Below, in pieces: positions 1-7,164 of a stretch of 12,856 bases of DNA. Numbering within the stretch: the stretch's first letter is position 1; each line of letters opens with the position of its first letter. This stretch comes from Candidatus Eiseniibacteriota bacterium (GTDB taxonomy: Bacteria; Eisenbacteria; RBG-16-71-46; DASYSL01). The DNA lies in contig JBKJJJ010000065.1 in the NCBI GenBank assembly GCA_046598045.1, positions 1-12,856 of the forward strand, written 5' to 3'. Position numbers and translations under genes: made by a program. Under the pieces are notes generated by a model that saw only the letters and a program-made list of their open reading frames with translations, was not told the origin of the DNA and ran no database searches.

Positions 1-2211
1 GAGCGCACGCCGGCGCCCGATGTCGAGACCGGCCTCGTGCTCGTCGCCATGGGCGGCAAGAACGGAGCGACGCTCGACTTCACGCTCGCGGGGAACGAGC
101 CGGGAGCGGGGTTTGCGGCCGCGCTCGCCACGTCCGGGGACTTCAACTCCGATGGCTACTCCGAGGTGCTCGTCGGCTCGCCCACGTTCACCGGTGCGGG
201 GAACTTCGGCCAGGGCGCGGTCTTCTCGTGGGTGGGCAGTGCGAGTCCGCCCGTGCCCGCCGGCAACACGCCGATCAGCGCGGCGGCCATGGGAACCGAA
301 TTTGGCGCAGCGCTCGCGATCCTGCCGCTGACCGAGGCCAATCTCTTTCCGGCCTTGCTCCTCGCCGAACCGGTCGCGGGGGCCGGCAACGTGGGACGCG
401 TCGAGCTTCGCCACGCCCAGTGGGGATCGATCCAGACGTTCTCCACCCACACGTTCATGGGCACCGAGACCAATGAGCGCTTCGGCTACCAGGTGGCGGA
501 CGCGGGAGATGTCAATCGCGACACGTGGACGGATTTCATCGTGTCCTCGCCATTGTTCGACGGCGGTGGGCCGCTCGACCGCGGGAAGGTCACTCTCTAC
601 CTGGGCGCCTCGGCGGGCCCGACTGTCGCGCCGTGGAGCGCGGTGGGAGATCAGGGGGATGAATATTTCGGACGCGTGATCGCGGGACGCGGCGACGTCA
701 ACGGCGACGGCTACCACGACGTGCTCGTGGCGGCGCCCGACTGGGACTCGCCGACGGCCGCCGATTGCGGAAAGGTCTGGTTATATCCCGGCAGTCCCAC
801 GGGGCTCGGCGCGCCGACCTGGTCGCATGCGGGCACCGCGGCGGGCGAGAGATTCGGCACCAGCGCCGCTCTCGTGGGCGATCTTGACGCCGACGGCTAC
901 AGCGACATCGCGATCGGCGCCGAGTCGATCCCGGCCGGCAACGCGCGCGTCGAGATCTGGTACGGCAGCGCGAGCGGACCCGAAGCCGCGTCCGGCTGGA
1001 CGTTGCGGGCATCGCCGCTGCGGAACACGTTCTCGCGCGTGGCGGGCGCGGGCGACGTCGACGGCGATGGGGCGGGCGACCTCGTCGTGGGATCGCCGGC
1101 CGAGGGCCTCCAGCGCGGAATGGTGTTCGTGTACCGGGGAACCCGCGGGCGAGGAGAGTCGCAGACCCCGTTCTGGACCTTCACCGGCGGCGACGGCGAT
1201 CAGACGGGTTTCGTGGTCGCCGGCGGCGGCGACCTCAACGGGGACGGCCTGGCGGACGTGGTCGCGGGCGAGCCCGGGTTCCCGGGCGGGCTGAACGATG
1301 GCCGCATCGCGGCGTTCTACGGCCACCCGACGGCGATCCAGTCCCGCGTGCCCACTCCTGACTTCACGCTGCAATCGGGCGTTTCGACGAATGGTCTCGG
1401 ACGTGCGCTCGCGCCGCTCTCCGACGTGAACGCCGACGGCTTTGCCGACATGGTGGCGGGCGCCCCCAACTTCACGGGACGCGTGTTCGTCGAGTTCGGC
1501 GGTGGCGAGGGCCCGCCGCAGTTCCGGAGCGGCTCGGAACCATTCGCGCTCGCTGTCAAGCGCTTCGCGCCAGGGAAGCTGGACCACCAGACGCTCTATG
1601 GCATCTCGCAGTCGTTGCGTTCCGCGGCGGGCCGCGAGCGCCTGACGAGCGAGAACGAGTTCCAGCTTCAAAGCAACCCGTTCACCGGCCTGGCCAACCG
1701 ATACGCCAACGGCTACGACAGCGGCGCGCCGGGACCACTCGGGAGCTACATCAGCTCCGGTTATTACGAGCCCGCGCCCTACCAGGCGACGACGTCGCGC
1801 GTGCGCATCCGGACCCGTTCGCGCTCGCCCTACTTCCCGCGCGGGCGCTGGATGGGCCTCGAGGGCCGTGCCTCCGCGGACTACGACTTCCGGACGGGTG
1901 GAACCACCACCGACGCGGCGGGCCTGCTGCCCGAGCGAGCCCGGATCGAGCGTGTCGTCCCGAACCCGGCGCGCGCGGAGGCTACGATCGCGTTCGCGCT
2001 GCCGGCGCGTGCGACCGGTCGGCTCGACGTCTACGACCTGGCGGGGCGCCACGTGCGCGAGCTCGCGCGCGGGGAGTTCCCGGCGGGCCCGAGCACGCGC
2101 GCGTGGGACGGCAGGGACAACGCGGGCCGCGCCGTCCCGGCGGGGATCTATTTCTTGGAACTGCGCGCGGGCACGGCGTTCGATCGAAGCCGCGTCGTCC
2201 ACTTGAGGTGA
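1..2211 (+). CDS. FG-GAP repeat (integrin-alpha beta-propeller-like) extracellular protein with C-terminal FlgD Ig-like/T9SS type A-like domain; 5'-truncated by the window edge
   Basis: Frame 1 is open from base 1 (ERTPAPDVETGLVLVAMGG...), so the ORF-track start at 37 is probably internal. Seven Ca-binding-type repeats are present (GDFNSDGYSEV, GDVNRDTWTDF, GDVNGDGYHDV, GDLDADGYSDI, GDVDGDGAGDL, GDLNGDGLADV, SDVNADGFADM), most preceded by an FG/xG motif and followed by a GAP-like motif. The C-terminus VVPNP...IAFALP...LDVYDLAGRHVR...WDGRDNAGRAVPAGIYFLEL is a typical FlgD_ig/secretion-tail sequence. TGA at 2209-2211. Confidence 0.9.
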   Translation, partial: ERTPAPDVETGLVLVAMGGKNGATLDFTLAGNEPGAGFAAALATSGDFNSDGYSEVLVGSPTFTGAGNFGQGAVFSWVGSASPPVPAGNTPISAAAMGTEFGAALAILPLTEANLFPALLLAEPVAGAGNVGRVELRHAQWGSIQTFSTHTFMGTETNERFGYQVADAGDVNRDTWTDFIVSSPLFDGGGPLDRGKVTLYLGASAGPTVAPWSAVGDQGDEYFGRVIAGRGDVNGDGYHDVLVAAPDWDSPTAADCGKVWLYPGSPTGLGAPTWSHAGTAAGERFGTSAALVGDLDADGYSDIAIGAESIPAGNARVEIWYGSASGPEAASGWTLRASPLRNTFSRVAGAGDVDGDGAGDLVVGSPAEGLQRGMVFVYRGTRGRGESQTPFWTFTGGDGDQTGFVVAGGGDLNGDGLADVVAGEPGFPGGLNDGRIAAFYGHPTAIQSRVPTPDFTLQSGVSTNGLGRALAPLSDVNADGFADMVAGAPNFTGRVFVEFGGGEGPPQFRSGSEPFALAVKRFAPGKLDHQTLYGISQSLRSAAGRERLTSENEFQLQSNPFTGLANRYANGYDSGAPGPLGSYISSGYYEPAPYQATTSRVRIRTRSRSPYFPRGRWMGLEGRASADYDFRTGGTTTDAAGLLPERARIERVVPNPARAEATIAFALPARATGRLDVYDLAGRHVRELARGEFPAGPSTRAWDGRDNAGRAVPAGIYFLELRAGTAFDRSRVVHLR

Positions 2212-2264
2212 TCTAGGCGGCCGGGACGGTTCCCTTTCCGCACCTCAACTCGATCATTGGTTTC

Positions 2265-2648
2265 GTGCTCGCTGTCGCTATCGCCCAGCCGCCCCTCGCC
2301 CAGGCGGCGGGCAAGATGGTGCCGCTCAAGTCGGGCAGTGAGACCACCCTGGCCTACCTCGCCCTGCCCGCCACGCCCGCGAAAGGCGGGCCGGCGATCG
2401 TCCTTATCCACCAGTCGCGGGGCTTCAGCGACTGGGTGAATTGCATCGCGGATCCCTATGCGGCACAGGGCTATGTGGCGATTGCTATGGACCTCTACCG
2501 GGGCTGGCCCGGGACCGACGGCGTCGGCCATGCGTTCCTGCGCGACGTCGGATCCCCGGCGGGCGAGGAGCAGGCGAAGCTGGCGTGGGCGGAGATCGAC
2601 AAATTTTTCGCGGCGCAACTGAAGCGCGGACGCACTCCCGCGTTCTAG
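2265..2648 (+). pseudogene. Dienelactone hydrolase (alpha/beta hydrolase) family remnant with large internal in-frame deletion
   Basis: The N-terminal DLH motifs (AYLALP..GPAIVLIHQSRGFSDW...YAAQGYVAIAMDLYRG) run directly into the C-terminal motifs (GVGHAF...AKLAWAEIDKFFAAQLK). The central GFCxGG nucleophile and catalytic Asp segment are absent, giving only 127 aa. No clear RBS, and several T-ending codons (ctt, aat, tat, att, gct) unlike neighbouring genes. Confidence 0.7.
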
Positions 2649-3655
2649 GGCAGGCGCCCTTCGAGCAGGATCGCGAGCTTCGCGGGGTCGAGATTTCCGC
2701 CCGAGACCACGCACACGATCGGACCCGCCGGAAGGGCAACGCTCGCGCCGCCGGGAGCCATCGCCGCGCGGCCGGACAACGCGGCCGCGAGCGCGGCGGC
2801 CCCGGCGCCCTCGGCCACGACGCGCGCGCGGGTGACCAGCGTGCGGATCGCGTCGGCGATCTCCTCGAGCGAGACCACGCAGCTGCCCGCGAGCAGCGTC
2901 GAGGCGAGCGGCCACATCTCCTCGAGCACGGAGCGGCCCCCGATCCCGTCGACGAAGCTCGCGCGATACTCGATCGCCTGGGGCGCTCCCGTGGTGAGCG
3001 AAGGCGCGAGCGGCGCCGCGGTCTCGACCTCGCAGGCGAACGCGCGCGCGTCCGCGCCCAATGCCCGGAGCGCCGACGCGATGCCGCACGACAGGCCGCC
3101 GCCCCCGTAGGGGACGAGCACGGCCCTCGCGCCGGGCAGGTCCTCGAGGATCTCGAGCCCGATCGTGGCGTTGCCGGCGATCACGGCCGGGTCGCTCACC
3201 GGGTGCACGAAGTGCCCGTCGAGCCCGTCGTAGCCGCGCTCGACGAGCACGCGCCACCAGCGCTCGAACGGGACCGGGACGACCCGCGCACCCAGCCGTT
3301 CGATCGCGTCGAGCTTCGCCCGGGGGGCGGTGTCGGGCACCACGACCGCACAGGGTACGCCCGCCGCGCGCGCGCACCACGCCACGCCCTGCGCCATGTT
3401 GCCGGCGCTCGCGGTGTAGACGCCGCGCGCGAGCGCCTCGCGCGGGGCGAGCCCGAGCGCGCTCGCGGCGCCCCGGATCTTGAACGACCCGATCGGCTGG
3501 AGGTTCTCGAGCTTGAGCCAGATCTCGGGCTCGCCCGGCCGCGGAGTGAGCTCGAGCAGCGGCGTCCTGACCGCGGACCCGGCGATGCGCTCGCGCGCTG
3601 CCTCGATCTGCTCGAGCGTCGGCGGCGTCAGGGTGATCGCGGCCCCTGCGCTCAC
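2645..3655 (-). CDS. PLP-dependent fold-type II enzyme, threonine/serine dehydratase family (no ACT regulatory domain), paralog 2
   Basis: C-terminal 336 aa of ORF 2645..4591. GTG at 3655 overlaps the upstream TGA (GTGA). Motifs: RTPL, LKLENLQPIGSFKIRGA (PLP Lys), SAGNMAQG, PYGGGGLSCG (phosphate loop), AEGAGAAALAA, VVSGGNLD. Confidence 0.9.
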   Translation of the reverse strand: MSAGAAITLTPPTLEQIEAARERIAGSAVRTPLLELTPRPGEPEIWLKLENLQPIGSFKIRGAASALGLAPREALARGVYTASAGNMAQGVAWCARAAGVPCAVVVPDTAPRAKLDAIERLGARVVPVPFERWWRVLVERGYDGLDGHFVHPVSDPAVIAGNATIGLEILEDLPGARAVLVPYGGGGLSCGIASALRALGADARAFACEVETAAPLAPSLTTGAPQAIEYRASFVDGIGGRSVLEEMWPLASTLLAGSCVVSLEEIADAIRTLVTRARVVAEGAGAAALAAALSGRAAMAPGGASVALPAGPIVCVVSGGNLDPAKLAILLEGRLP

Positions 3656-4647
3656 GCGGGTCCGCCCCAGTCGAGCCACATGCCCGCCCCGGTCTCGAGC
3701 GCGCGGCGGTGGATGAAGTGTGCGGCCGCGAGGTCCTCGATCGCCACGCCCAGCGATTCGTACACCGTGACCTCGTCGGGCGACAGGCGGCCCGGCACCT
3801 TGCCCAGCAGGACCTCGCCCAACTCGCCGAGCAGGTGGGTGTCGGCGATCGCGCCCTCGGCGCGCGGGATCAAGTAATCGCCCGCCTCGTTCTCGCAGGA
3901 CTCGCGGCAATCGGTGTAGAAGCGCGCGCGCCGGACCGCCTCGGTGTCGAGTTCGCGCCAGGCCGCGAAGCAGGCGCCGACGGCGTTCACGTGCGCGCCC
4001 GTCGCGAGCCACGCGCCGCGCAGCACCGGCTCCTTCGCCCCGGTCGTCGTGCACACGAGGTCGGCGCCCCGCACCGCGTCCTCGCCGGTCCCGGCCACCT
4101 CGATCGCGACCCCGGCGAGCGCGGCCTCCTCGCGCGCAAAGCGCTCGGCGTTCGCCCGGCTGCGGCTCCACACGCGCACGCGCCGCAGGGTCCGCACCGC
4201 GCGCATCGCGGCGAGGTGCGTGCGCGCCTGCGCGCCCGAGCCGATGAGCGCGAGGTCCCCGGCGTCCTTGCGCGCGAGCACGTCGGTCGCGGCGCCCGAG
4301 GCGGCTGCGGTGCGGATCGCGGTGATCGCGGTCGCGTCCATGATCGCGAGCGGCTCGCCGTGCTCGACCCCGAACAGCATCACGACCCCCTGGTGGGAAT
4401 CGTAAGGCGTGCCGTGGTTGCCGGGCATCACGCTCACGACCTTGAGCCCGAAGCTCTGCGGCGCTCCGAGGTAGCCGGGCATCAGCCCGAGCAGGCCCGA
4501 GCGGTCGGGGAGCCAGACCATGTGGCGCAGCGGCAGCACCGCGTCGCCGCGCGCCAGCGTGGTGAGCGCCTCCCGCATGAGCGGCACGCATTCGGTCATC
4601 GGCAGCAGGTCGTTCACACCCTGCTCGTTCACGAACAGCACTTTCAT
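3652..4647 (-). CDS. Ornithine cyclodeaminase / mu-crystallin family NAD(P)-dependent imine reductase-like protein
   Basis: C-terminal 331 aa of ORF 3652..5625, starting MKVLFVNEQ at ATG 4647 (ATGA overlap with the upstream stop; GGAGG RBS upstream). Motifs: LMPGY, GLKVVSVMPGN, DATAITAIRTAAAS, IGSGAQA (Rossmann), VWSRS, GAHVNAVGA, YESLGVAIEDLAAA. Confidence 0.93.
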   Translation of the reverse strand: MKVLFVNEQGVNDLLPMTECVPLMREALTTLARGDAVLPLRHMVWLPDRSGLLGLMPGYLGAPQSFGLKVVSVMPGNHGTPYDSHQGVVMLFGVEHGEPLAIMDATAITAIRTAAASGAATDVLARKDAGDLALIGSGAQARTHLAAMRAVRTLRRVRVWSRSRANAERFAREEAALAGVAIEVAGTGEDAVRGADLVCTTTGAKEPVLRGAWLATGAHVNAVGACFAAWRELDTEAVRRARFYTDCRESCENEAGDYLIPRAEGAIADTHLLGELGEVLLGKVPGRLSPDEVTVYESLGVAIEDLAAAHFIHRRALETGAGMWLDWGGPA

Positions 4648-5615
4648 GTGTCGCCCTCCAGGGACGCGAACGCCGCGAGCGCGCGCTCGGGGTCCACGTT
4701 GCCGCCCGACACGATGCTGACCACCGTCCCTAAGGCGGGGACGCGCGCCTTGCCGGCCAGCAGGGCCGCGGTTGCGGTGGCGCCCGAACCCTCGACGTAG
4801 AGCTTCGCGCGTATCAGGAGCACGCGCATCGCCTCGACGATCTCCGCTTCCGAGACGAGGACGATCTCGTCGACGGCCTCGCGCGCGACCTCGAGCGGCA
4901 GCGCGCCCACGAAGGGGGGTGTGAGCCCATCGGCGATCGTGACCGGGCGCGTCACCGGGACCGGCATGCCGGCGGCGAGCGCGGGCGTCATCCCGGGACC
5001 GGCTTCGAGCTCGACGCCGATCACGCGGCAGGAGGGCTTGAGCCCCTTGATCGCCGAGGCCACGCCGGCCATGAGCCCGCCGCCGCCGATCGGCACGATC
5101 ACGCAATCGACGTCCGGGACCTGCTCGACGATCTCGAGCCCGACCGTGCCCGCGCCCGCGAGCCCGACCGGATCGTCGAACGGGTGGACGAACGCGGCGC
5201 CCGTCCGGGCCTCCTCCTCGCGCAGGCGATCGAACAGCGTAGCGCGGTCGGCGTGGGCCACGATGGTCGCGCCGTAGCCGCGCACAGCGTCCAGCTTCGA
5301 GCGCGGCGCGTCGACCGGCATGACCACGGTGCACGGCACTCCGATCGCGCGCGCCGCCCACGCCACCGCCTGCGCGTGGTTGCCGGCCGACACGGTGATC
5401 AGGCCCTTCGCCCGCCGCTCCGGCGCCATGGCGAGCACGATGTTGAGCGCGCCCCTCGGCTTGAACGAGCCGGTCTTCTGGAAGCTCTCGCACTTGAGGA
5501 ACACGCGAGCGCCCGCGCGCTCCCCGATGCTGCCGGAGGAGAACACGGGCGTCCTGTGGAGCTGGGGGGCGATGCGCGCGGCGGCTTCCCGGATCGCTGA
5601 GAGGGGGATGAGCAT
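4644..5615 (-). CDS. PLP-dependent threonine/serine dehydratase family enzyme (catabolic type, no ACT domain), paralog 1
   Basis: C-terminal part of ORF 4644..6710. Start is ATG 5615 (MLIPLSAIREAAARI) or the alternative ATG 5633. Motifs: HRTPV, FLKCESFQKTGSFKPRGA, SAGNHAQAVA, HPFDD, PIGGGGLMAG, TIADGL, VEGSGA, IVSGGNVD. Confidence 0.92.
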   Translation of the reverse strand: MLIPLSAIREAAARIAPQLHRTPVFSSGSIGERAGARVFLKCESFQKTGSFKPRGALNIVLAMAPERRAKGLITVSAGNHAQAVAWAARAIGVPCTVVMPVDAPRSKLDAVRGYGATIVAHADRATLFDRLREEEARTGAAFVHPFDDPVGLAGAGTVGLEIVEQVPDVDCVIVPIGGGGLMAGVASAIKGLKPSCRVIGVELEAGPGMTPALAAGMPVPVTRPVTIADGLTPPFVGALPLEVAREAVDEIVLVSEAEIVEAMRVLLIRAKLYVEGSGATATAALLAGKARVPALGTVVSIVSGGNVDPERALAAFASLEGDT

Positions 5616-5623
5616 TGCCGCCC

Positions 5624-5653
5624 ACGTTGGCATTGCGCCCTGTCCCCGGTCAA
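5624..5653 (-). promoter_or_regulatory. Possible sigma70 promoter of the dehydratase-OCD-dehydratase operon
   Basis: Minus-strand TTGACC (5653-5648), 18-nt spacer ending TGC, weak -10 CAACGT (5629-5624). The same CTTGACCGGGG 11-mer occurs in the citrate synthase promoter. Confidence 0.3.
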
Positions 5654-5686
5654 GCGCGGCGCCCGGCGGCGGGGTGGAGCGGGAGG

Positions 5687-5714
5687 TCAAGCCCGGGCCG
5701 GGACCTGCCGATAA
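5687..5714 (+). promoter_or_regulatory. Putative sigma28 (FliA/SigD)-type promoter for the TPR gene
   Basis: TCAA(G) at 5687-5691, 16 nt from TCAA to a perfect GCCGATAA at 5707-5714. The ATG follows at 5724 with no Shine-Dalgarno. Confidence 0.5.
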
Positions 5715-5723
5715 CGCGCGCGT

Positions 5724-7124
5724 ATGGACCCGCGACCCTCGAATCCGGCGCCCTCGGGGCCGTTCCCGCTGGTCCCCGCGCCGTTCGCGCAGGCGATCGA
5801 GGGCGCGGCGCGTGCGCTCGAGCGGCGGACCCACGACACGCCGGCCTACCCGGACCTGTGGAACCGCATGGGCCTCTACTTCGCGGCGATCGGCGCGCTC
5901 GAGGAGGCGGTCCGCTGCTTCGAGCGCGCGCTCTCGATCAACCCGCGCTTCCTCGGCGCGCTCGAGAACCGGGCGTGGTGCGCGATCGCCTCGGGCGATG
6001 GTTTCGCCTGGCGGAGATTCGAGGAAGGGCGGGACCTGCTTCGCCTCCATCCCGGCGTCCGGCACCACCTCCAGTTGTTCGCGATCGCGCGCTTCGACTC
6101 GCCCGAGCGGGCGCTCGTGATGTCGAGCATGCCCCCGCAGGGCCGCTACGAGGCCGCGCACCTGCTCGACCGCATGTGGCTGCTGGCCGCGCTCGGCCGC
6201 ACGCACGAGGCGCGCACGCTGGTCGAGGACGTGACCTGCTCGGACCCGGCGCTCAGGGGCGCGTTCACCTCGGCCGGGCTGCTCGACGGGCCGCGCGCCG
6301 CGGGCGTGGGCGCCGAGGAGGCCGCCGCCGAGGGCGTCGCGGCGTGGGAGCGCTGGCGTGCCGCCTACGCGTTCAACCCCCAGCTCGCCGAGGTCTGCGC
6401 TCACACCGCGCGCTGGGCGCAGAAGGAGGGCGACCTGGGGGACAGCCGCGCGCTCGTCGACTGGACGCTCACGCTGTCGCTCGATTTGCCGTCGTTCTGG
6501 GTCAATCTCGCGCTCCATCACGAGACCGCGGGCGAGTCGAACCGCTCGCTCCCCTGCCTCGAGCGCGCCGTGGCTGCAAACCCGCAGCACCGGCGCGCGC
6601 GCAAGGAACTCGCGCTCTGGCTCGGCGCGCACGGCCGCGCGCGCGATGCCATGACGCAATTCGAGATCCTGCGCGAGATCGCCCCGCGCTACGCGGACGT
6701 GCGCTTCCATCTCGGGATCCTCTACCGCGATCGCGGCGACCTCGACCAGGCGGGCGACGAACTCACCGCCGCGCTGGCCTCGAACCCGCGCTACACCCGC
6801 GCGGCGCTCAACCTGGCGCGGGTGCGCTTCGAGCAGCAGCGCTGGGCCGAGGCGCGCGCCGGCTACGCGCGCGTGCTCTCGGACGGGCTTGACTCATGCG
6901 AGATTCAGACCGCGCTCGCGGAGGTGCACGACCGCCTGGGCGAGCCGGCCGAGGCCGAGGCCGCGTTCGCGCGCGCCGCCGCGTTCGATGCCAACGACCC
7001 GGGGCTCCTGCGCGCGCGCGCCGACTGGTACGAGCGCCACGATCGCCTCGACGAGGCGCGCGCCGACCGCGCCCGCCTCGACGGCCTGCAGCGCCAGCAC
7101 GGCCACCTCGACGAAGCGGCGTGA
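5724..7124 (+). CDS. Tetratricopeptide repeat (TPR) protein, 466 aa
   Basis: Repeated TPR helices: YPDLWNRMGLYFAAIGALEEAVRCFERALSINPRF, FWVNLALHHETAGESNRSLPCLERAVAANPQH, YADVRFHLGILYRDRGDLDQAGDELTAALASNPRY, IQTALAEVHDRLGEPAEAEAAFARAAAFDAND. No signal peptide seen. Confidence 0.88.
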   Translation: MDPRPSNPAPSGPFPLVPAPFAQAIEGAARALERRTHDTPAYPDLWNRMGLYFAAIGALEEAVRCFERALSINPRFLGALENRAWCAIASGDGFAWRRFEEGRDLLRLHPGVRHHLQLFAIARFDSPERALVMSSMPPQGRYEAAHLLDRMWLLAALGRTHEARTLVEDVTCSDPALRGAFTSAGLLDGPRAAGVGAEEAAAEGVAAWERWRAAYAFNPQLAEVCAHTARWAQKEGDLGDSRALVDWTLTLSLDLPSFWVNLALHHETAGESNRSLPCLERAVAANPQHRRARKELALWLGAHGRARDAMTQFEILREIAPRYADVRFHLGILYRDRGDLDQAGDELTAALASNPRYTRAALNLARVRFEQQRWAEARAGYARVLSDGLDSCEIQTALAEVHDRLGEPAEAEAAFARAAAFDANDPGLLRARADWYERHDRLDEARADRARLDGLQRQHGHLDEAA

Positions 7125-7137
7125 CGCTTGGTAGACT
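7108..7137 (+). promoter_or_regulatory. Possible sigma70 extended -10 promoter for the secreted TWG-tail protein gene
   Basis: TCGACG (7108-7113), 18-nt spacer ending TGG, then TAGACT (7132-7137). GGAG RBS at 7154-7157 precedes ATG 7165. Confidence 0.4.
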
Positions 7138-7164
7138 CTTCGGGTCCGTTCCCGGAGACCTGCC

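Noticed and set aside
130..1460. Recurrent GGCGACGTC-A/G-ACGGCGA-like nucleotide repeats as a possible CRISPR or DNA repeat array
   Set aside because: They are degenerate, in-frame and irregularly spaced at about 170-190 nt or more. They encode the GDxxGDG FG-GAP protein repeats.
2217..2241. GGGA-CGGT-TCCC-TTT hairpin after the FG-GAP gene as an intrinsic terminator
   Set aside because: The stem is only 4 bp and the U-tract only 3 nt, too weak to call.
2645..5615. Naming the operon ilvA/tdcB, eutBC, bhcBD or sbnAB
   Set aside because: No ACT domains (not IlvA), no accompanying eutD/E, bhcA/C or siderophore genes, and the PLP enzymes are dehydratase-type rather than cysteine-synthase-like SbnA. 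Specific symbols are unsupported.
3656..6710. Long N-terminal extensions of ORFs 2645..4591, 3652..5625 and 4644..6710, suggesting fusions or overlapping genes
   Set aside because: The extensions are Arg/Ala/Gly-rich off-frame or antisense readings of neighbouring real genes in high-GC DNA. Family homology begins only at 3655, 4647 and 5615/5633, the first two being stop/start overlaps.
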